A stretch of DNA of 64,000 nt, from positions 1 to 64,000 of the forward strand of contig NIVC01000552.1 in the NCBI GenBank assembly GCA_002269645.1, in the 5' to 3' direction. Both the position numbers and the translations under genes were made by a program. The stretch is from Macrostomum lignano. Lineage: Eukaryota. Positions 51,372 to 64,000 of the stretch are shown here, piece after piece (position 1 is the stretch's first letter; the number at the start of each line of letters is the position of its first letter). Below the pieces are notes generated by a model. The model worked only from the letters and a program-made list of their open reading frames with translations, had not been told where the DNA came from and ran no database searches.

Positions 51372-52186
51372 ATGGCCGACGCCCCAATCCGCGTTTATCC
51401 GGAAAACGAATTTATGGCCAGCGAAGAAGACAGACAGAGAATGAGCCCCCAAGGATTAGGGCCATACAATTGGCAGAACAAGGCGAATGCAAGAGGCGGA
51501 AATTAGAGCAGCCGGACGAGAGCGAAGGAAAGTTAATCGTGAATGTAGAATTGGAAGAACTGGAAAGGGCGACTAGACGGAAGGAGGAAGAATTTAGGGA
51601 CGAGATGGCGCAATTCATGGAAGAAATCCGACAACAGGAAGAAGGGGTGGAACCCATTGATGAGCAGGAAGAGGCGGCCGCGGAAGAACCAAATCACCAG
51701 CCGGAGCAGTGTCCAACCGAGCAATGCCAGGCAGGGCAAGGCCAGCCTGAGTCTACGCTCATCGATTACGCTACATTGCTCAGGGCAGATCTGGGTGATA
51801 CGCCGGCTCCTAAAGAGACCAACGCCGAACGGCCGGATAGTCCCGGAACGCAGGCGCGGAAATTCCGCAATTGTCGTCGCGCCTTGAAGCGGGCTATCCT
51901 GGCTACAGGGAAAACAGGACGATTCGAGGCGCAGCTACCGGACGCGTGCGTCCAGTTCTTGGCCACGGCGACCCCAGAGGAAGCAGTCCGATGCTTCGAG
52001 ATTGCCTGCTCATACTGTTTACAGTACGCCGAAGGGAGAGCGCGGGGTCCGACCAATATGAGAGCGACCACTGAGCAGCTGGAATTTTTCGCCAGACAAT
52101 TCGACCCTACTCACCAGATGATCCCGATAAACGGATTACTGTATCTATCTACTCAAAACACCCAAAATCTCCGGCCAATCCATTAG
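51372..52186 (+). CDS. Additional ORF3 of the LTR element (~271 aa if C5 at 51446-51450 is C6), function unknown
   Basis: 238 open codons from 51470; ATG at 51372 joins with one extra C; acceptor tttaacctcttgcag| at 51354; no signal peptide or TM segment. Confidence 0.75.
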
Positions 52187-52740
52187 GTAAGATAGAGAAC
52201 TTAGCCAACCAATGACTTTTAGCTCGGTTACACATAATCGATGACATTTTATTTTACCATCTTTTGGAGTAGAATTGGAGTAAACTTGCCAAATTATTTT
52301 ACCGCTTTTTTTTGCACTGCATTTTCTTTCTTTTCTTGTTGTATACACCTGCCAATTATTCTTGTTCAATTGCTCAAACAACTCAGCAGCCATTTAATAG
52401 TGCAACTGTTCATGCTATAACTCAATTTATCATATTTAGCCATTTAATAGTGCAATTATGTTAACGGTGCATATCATAATTATCATGTTCAACATTTAAT
52501 CCATTCGTAATAATACAGTTCTGCATGCAATCAATCAAACGCGTATTTCAACCTAATCCCATTACTTTTACGACTCGGCATACCAGTAACTTCCCCACTT
52601 GATATACGTGTAATCTTGTTACAGTAGCTTATATTCAGTACATCGCTGATAAGCGCACTAATACTTATTACGTAACTAAAATTTTGATAATAAATATAAT
52701 CATCAATGTACAAAAGGGGTTTTGCACATTTTGTTTAGCG

Positions 52741-52749
52741 AGGGGGAGG
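52741..52749 (+). promoter_or_regulatory. Polypurine tract
   Basis: agggggagg directly before the 3' LTR. Confidence 0.92.
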
Positions 52750-53326
52750 TGTAGTAGGGCATTATTTTAGAAACGGAAATTTTGCAGGTTTAAATATGCT
52801 TTTACCCTACTATCAGTAGTTTCAACCCGGGGAAATAATTAGAGCAGGGTTAAGTGGATAAAATCGGGGTTCCTTTAGAAATACAGAGCAGTTGGGCTCT
52901 CGGGAAAGAAAACCTGTTTGTTGGAGTGTCTTCTCCTGTCCTCAAACTTGAATTTCACAAGGAAAAGTGGTAAGAAGGGGAAATAAAGAAATATAACTTA
53001 GGCTTGCACAGAGGAGTCTTGCCTCTAAATCTATAACTGGGAGTCTTGCCCAAAGCACTATAGCGGGAATAGGGAATAGGGAGTTAATGTAAAGCAAAAC
53101 TAACTTTTGTACCGTAATTTACTTTTATTAAATATTTTTTTTGTGTTAACTAAATCCAAATTGGTGTCCTGACTTAGTTCTTTAAACCTAAAGCTAGAAT
53201 TAAGGAACAGCAGGAACCTGGTGGCAGCGAACTACCAAACATTTAAACAGTACCGCAGATAATAATCCACTCATAATCCTTAGCAATAGAAACCAGTAGC
53301 TTAGCCGCGGTTACACGCCCATTCCA
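52750..53326 (+). repeat. 3' LTR
   Basis: Offset 7988 from the 5' LTR; same length. Confidence 0.97.
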
Positions 53327-53346
53327 GTTAGTTAGTTAGTTAGTTG

Positions 53347-53397
<51 letters not shown>

Positions 53398-53497
53398 GGT
53401 TAGTTAGTCAGTCACTTAGTTAGTTGGTTAGTTAGTTACTCAGTTAGTTAGTTAGTTAGTTAGTTGGTTAGTTAGTTAGTTAGTTAGTTAGTCAGTC

Positions 53498-53593
<96 letters not shown>

Positions 53594-53693
53594 GGTTAGT
53601 TAGTCAGTCACTTAGTTAGTTGGTTAGTTAGTTACTCAGTTAGTTAGTTAGTTAGTTAGTTGGTTAGTTAGTTAGTTAGTTAGTTAGTCAGTC

Positions 53694-53765
<72 letters not shown>
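53327..53765. repeat. (TTAG)n microsatellite, right of the LTR element
   Basis: Direct inspection; contains an internal higher-order duplication. Confidence 0.98.
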
Positions 53766-53766
<1 letters not shown>

Positions 53767-54309
53767 AATAGTTCGTCATTTTGCTCCGTATTCCAAGTAT
53801 TACACGAGTACAAAGTGTCTACTTTGAGCAGTCTAACACAAACCTGGCCAAAACGTGACGCCTTCGACAGACATGCATATGTTAGATTTCCATACTTTCA
53901 ACCCCGAATATCCATAGCGACACGAGAATTCCACTTGGCAAGTGCCTCCCTCTGGTTTGTCATGTCTCGATATTTAAAATTTTTATCCTCAATTCTTGAA
54001 TTCCCCACGGCACTTCAGCCCGCTCAAGAGATTCGCATTAATTGCAGAGTCGCGATCCCGAACTCGCGGAGCATCACGAGATGAGGCTGCAATTATTGAA
54101 ATTATTCTTCTCCCTAGAAATTTAATTTGAAGAGCCATTGAGCAGCCTTGTAGAATTACTGGGCTCACTAATTGCAAGGGGGTTGGGAGATGGGCTGGAG
54201 AACATCAGACCTCCTGGCTCTTGATCGCTGTCTTTTCAGCGATACCAGCCTCAAGGGTTCAATCGGTGCTGCGTGCATCATGTGTGCTCGTCTCATTGTG
54301 CTAATATTT

Positions 54310-54850
54310 TCTGCTCTTCATCTCTCTCTACATTCTCTTGAATCACCTGTCTCGTCTCATCTCTCGTCTGCTCTCTCATCCCGTCTCATCTCTCGTTTCT
54401 CCTCTCCCCTCTCTCCTCTCCCCTCTCCCCCTTCCCTTCCCTCCCCTCTCCCTTCTCTCCTCTCCCTCTCACCTCTCCCCCCTTCCCTCCCCTCTCCCTT
54501 CTCTCCTCTTTCCCCTAGTGTCCCGCCTCTCTTCTCTCTTCTCTCACCTCTCCTCTCTCCTCTCTCCTCTCCCCTCTCCCCTCTCCCCTCTCCCCTCTCC
54601 TCTCTCCCCTCTCCCCTCTCCCCTCTCACCTCTCCCCCTTCCCTCCCCCTCTTCCTTCTCTCCTCTTTCCCCTAGTGCCCCGCCTCTCTTCTCTCTTCTC
54701 TCACCTCTCCTCTCTCCTCTCTCCTCTCTCCTCTCTCCTCTCTCTTCTCACCGCTTTCCTCTCTTCTCTAACCTTTCATATCTCCCCTATCATCTTTCGT
54801 TTCTCTTCTCTCTCCTCTCTCCTCTCACCTCTCTCTCCTCTCTCTTTTCG
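54310..54850. repeat. CT-rich low-complexity tract
   Basis: Direct inspection. Confidence 0.9.
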
Positions 54851-55439
54851 TCTTACTCCAGTCCAGAATTATAAATCTCACAATTCACCAACAAACTAAT
54901 GGCTCAGAATATTTATAAACATCATCACAGCAGATTGTCTAAGTCTGTAGAAAAAAACAATAATTCATTAAAATTCCAATAAAAAGCATATCAGAACCCC
55001 GAGATTATTCATTTTAAATTACTTTGGATTTTGCTGCTACTCGTAGCAGAGCAAAAATTCTCTTAATTAAAAAATCTACCAGTTGAAGGCTCAATGTTAC
55101 AATAAAGCTTTACTATCAGTTAACCTTCTTATCGATCTGTCGCTACGGCTTATGCGGGGTGCAAAGTTCAAAAACAGATTTTTTATCGGCTTATTAGATT
55201 TCTGTGCAAAAGCTGCTTTATTTCTTGCAGTGTTGAGGCACATATATTATACTATTTTAAAATGTAATCTAAATAGAAAACTTGGAAGTTACGATCACGC
55301 GGTCGCGCTAAAATACTGCAGGAAGGGTCGTTAAATGGACACTAAGAGGCGAAAAAGCAGAAGCTAAAAGGATGAATACTTTATTAATTATGGGAGCAAG
55401 CGGATTTTTTACAAAGTGACACTGAATACAGAATATAGC

Positions 55440-55730
55440 GAAGAAGGGAGAGGTGACAAAAGAGGATGGAGAAAAAGAGAGGGGAGAGGAAGAGAGAGAA
55501 GGGGAGAGAGGAGAAGAGAGAGAAGAGGAGAGAGGAGAAGAGAGACGAGAAAGGAGAAGAGAGAGGAGAAGAAAGAGGAGAGAGGAGAGAGGAGAAGAGA
55601 GACGAGAAAGGAGAAGAGAGAGGAGAAGAAAGAGGAGAGAGGAGAGAGGAGAAGAGAGAGAAGAGAGAGAAGAAAGAGGAGAGAGGAGAAGAGGGAGGAG
55701 AGGAGAGAGGAGAGAGGGGAGAGGAGGCAA
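55440..55730. repeat. GA-rich low-complexity tract
   Basis: Direct inspection. Confidence 0.9.
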
Positions 55731-56609
55731 GGCACTGGAGATGTGCTTCAAATTGAATAATGCAGTTGAAAATAACCAAGCCTAGCAAAGCGAAATCATC
55801 AGTGTATGCATTGCATTGATGCAAGCACCGTGTCTCAGTCTCTTTAATCTCGGCACCTGACTAAGCCGATGACAGTCCCAACTAAAGTAGTGCAATCGAT
55901 CGTTTTGTATTGGAATTCATTGCAGCCCTATAATTACAAAGCCCCAAGCTTCTCAAGCTTCTCAACTTCTCTTGGCATTTTTTGCTAGCTCTATTTTTGA
56001 AACTCATTGAGACGCTCCGAGGAAGCGTTCACCGCGGAGTTTAGAATTACGGCCAGTCAGAGTCACCAGTCTCATTATTGCTATTGTCATGGCAACCCCA
56101 AAGGCACAGAAGTTTAGTTTGTAAAGCGAAGTTTCCAAACCAGGATTATTAACTATGAAAGTCCCTGGCGCACAGTCCATGCGCGCATGCAAAGCTGTGG
56201 AGGGGAAACTGGGACGAAAAAACGTCTTCCCCCACTGGAACAGAACGGCTCAGATTTACTGGCTACTGTGGGCAGTCATTGCTCACTTTTTATGATGCCA
56301 ACGCATCTATGCTCAGCTCAATGTGGCTTGGAGAGGCCCGACATCCGCTCAAGGAAGAGTGACAGAGGTTGAGCAGAGTGAAAGCTGAGCTACAGAAGGG
56401 AAAAGTTGTGTGTCCCAATTGTGAAGTGCGGTAGACTTGGCTGATTTGGGGTTTTATTGAATGCGTTTTAGCACACAGAGGGGTTTTGGCTGCGTGAATC
56501 TTGAGCAGCAATCTTTGAAGCATTGGTTTTATTTTCTAGTCATGGGTCACCTGTACTCCATAACAGTTATAAACTTGAGTAGAAAAAATATATGAACTTG
56601 AACAGTCTG

Positions 56610-57255
<646 letters not shown>

Positions 57256-57469
57256 AATTTTTTTTAACTTTCTAACAACTTCTAATGTCATTAAAAGTTA
57301 ATACACGTTGTAAGCTGCGCTTTTTAAGCCATGCTTGAACTGCCTGTAATTTGCTCTCCAAACTTTCGCCTCACCCTCAGCTCTGCCAATGTTTGTTCAG
57401 CTGAGCAGTGAGAGTGCCTTCGACTTCAGTTAAGCAAGTATTAATATAAAATAGGCATTTGGCTGGCTA

Positions 57470-57780
57470 ACTGACTGACTGACTGACTGACTGACTGACT
57501 GACTGACTGACTGACTGACTGACTGACTGACTGACTGACTGACTGACTGACTGACTGACTGACTGACTGACTGACTGACTGACTGACTGACTGACTGACT
57601 GACTGACTGACTGACTGACTGACTGACTGACTGACTGACTGACTGACTGACTGACTGACTGACTGACTGACTGACTGACTGACTGACTGACTGACTGACT
57701 GACTGACTGACTGACTGACTGACTGACTGACTGACTGACTGACTGACTGACTGACTGACTGACTGACTGACTGACTGACT

Positions 57781-57831
<51 letters not shown>

Positions 57832-57844
57832 TGACTGACTGACT

Positions 57845-57895
<51 letters not shown>

Positions 57896-57940
57896 TGACT
57901 GACTGACTGACTGACTGACTGACTGACTGACTGACTGACA
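57470..57940. repeat. (ACTG)n microsatellite
   Basis: Direct inspection. Confidence 0.98.
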
Positions 57941-57980
57941 CAGTCACAATCGCAGTGCACTTTCTTTACTGAAACTCTAG

Positions 57981-62966
<4,986 letters not shown>

Positions 62967-63094
62967 ACTTTGAAGACAGGGCAGACCATCTTGGCGCGTG
63001 AAGGAAATTCTTTTCTCTTTGCGTTTGGTTTCTTGCTTGCCTGTGCTTTCATTTTAACAGCAGCTTAACTGAGTCTGTCCTTAAATCTGTCAGT

Positions 63095-63985
63095 ATTTAT
63101 TAGTATCTTTGAGTCCGTCTTAGTGTCTGTCTCATTGTCTGTCTTAGTGTCTGTCTTAGTGTCTGTCTCAGTGTCTGTCTCAGTGTCTGTCTTAGTGTCT
63201 GTCTTAGTGTCTGTCTCAGTGTCTGTCTTAGTGTCTGTCTTAGTGTCTGTCTCAGTGTCTGTCTCAGTGTCTGTCTCAGTGTCTGTCTTAGTGTCTGTCT
63301 CAGTGTCTGTCTCATTGTCTGTCTTAGTGTCTGTCTTAGTGTCTGTCTCAGTGTCTGTCTCAGTGTCTGTCTCAGTGTCTGTCTTAGTGTCTGTCCCAGT
63401 GTCTGTCCCAGTGTCTGTCTCAGTGTCTGTCTCAGTGTCTGTCTCAGTGTCTGTCTTAGTGTCTGTCTCAGTGTCTGTCTCATTGTCTGTCTTAGTGTCT
63501 GTCTTAGTGTCTGTCTCAGTGTCTGTCTCAGTGTCTGTCTCAGTGTCTGTCTTAGTGTCTGTCTCAGTGTCTGTCTCATTGTCTGTCTTAGTGTCTGTCT
63601 TAGTGTCTGTCTCAGTGTCTGTCTCAGTGTCTGTCTCAGTGTCTGTCTTAGTGTCTGTCTCAGTGTCTGTCTCATTGTCTGTCTTAGTGTCTGTCTTAGT
63701 GTCTGTCTCAGTGTCTGTCTCAGTGTCTGTCTCAGTGTCTGTCTTAGTGTCTGTCCCAGTGTCTGTCCCAGTGTCTGTCTCAGTGTCTGTCTCAGTGTCT
63801 GTCTCAGTGTCTGTCTTGCAGTTTCTGTCTTAGTGCCTGTCTTGCAGTGTCTGTCTTAGTGTCTGTCTCAGTGTCTGTCTTGCAGTGTCTGTCTCAGTGT
63901 CTGTCTTGCAGTGCCTGTCTCAGTGCCTGTCGTGCAGTGTCTGTCTCAGTGTCTGTCTTAGTGTCTATCTCAGTATCCTCCAGTT
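63095..63985. repeat. 12-bp minisatellite ([t/c]agtgtctgtct)
   Basis: Direct inspection. Confidence 0.97.
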
Positions 63986-64000
63986 TTCTGTTCTCTGACC

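Larger units (their letters stand above)
44762..53326 (+). mobile_element. Ty3/Gypsy LTR retrotransposon, full length (8565 bp)
   Basis: 577-bp LTRs (TG...CA), PBS, PPT, gag, pol in PR-RT-RH-IN order; flanking GTTA 4-mers consistent with a TSD. Confidence 0.98.

Noticed and set aside
51372-52186. Envelope gene
   Set aside because: No signal peptide, TM segment or furin cleavage site; reported as an unknown accessory ORF instead.
54040-54225. Protein-like reading SRDPELAEHH...LEI*FEEPL..., and similar at 56280-56430
   Set aside because: Interrupted by stops and no family recognised; possibly decayed coding sequence, but unsupported.

Overview
Eukaryotic (metazoan) genomic DNA with GT-AG spliced genes. 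Its introns and intergenic spaces are packed with micro- and minisatellites. The style suggests a free-living flatworm such as Macrostomum, but this is inference only. Contents: (1) a cluster of three diverged paralogues, plus one intronic partial copy, encoding small type I membrane proteins that share an 8-Cys ectodomain (TNF-receptor-like topology; 0.75-10.9 kb); (2) a 4-exon DEAD-box helicase DDX49/Dbp8; (3) a 13-exon TRPM channel of about 1186 aa with a different tandem array in nearly every intron; (4) a secreted WSC + PAN/Apple protein; (5) two RTE-like LINE remnants, two tRNA-derived SINE families (one with a CORE domain) and a Mutator-type MITE; (6) a very recent 8.6-kb Ty3/Gypsy LTR element in a (TTAG)n tract, with a GGGAAAC -1 frameshift site, a second PBS inside the LTR and an extra non-env ORF3 preceded by a splice acceptor; (7) phase-consistent exons of an unidentified gene at 58-63 kb. 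Gene models were assembled by eye from splice sites and reading-frame phases, and no database searches were run. Repeat boundaries are approximate.
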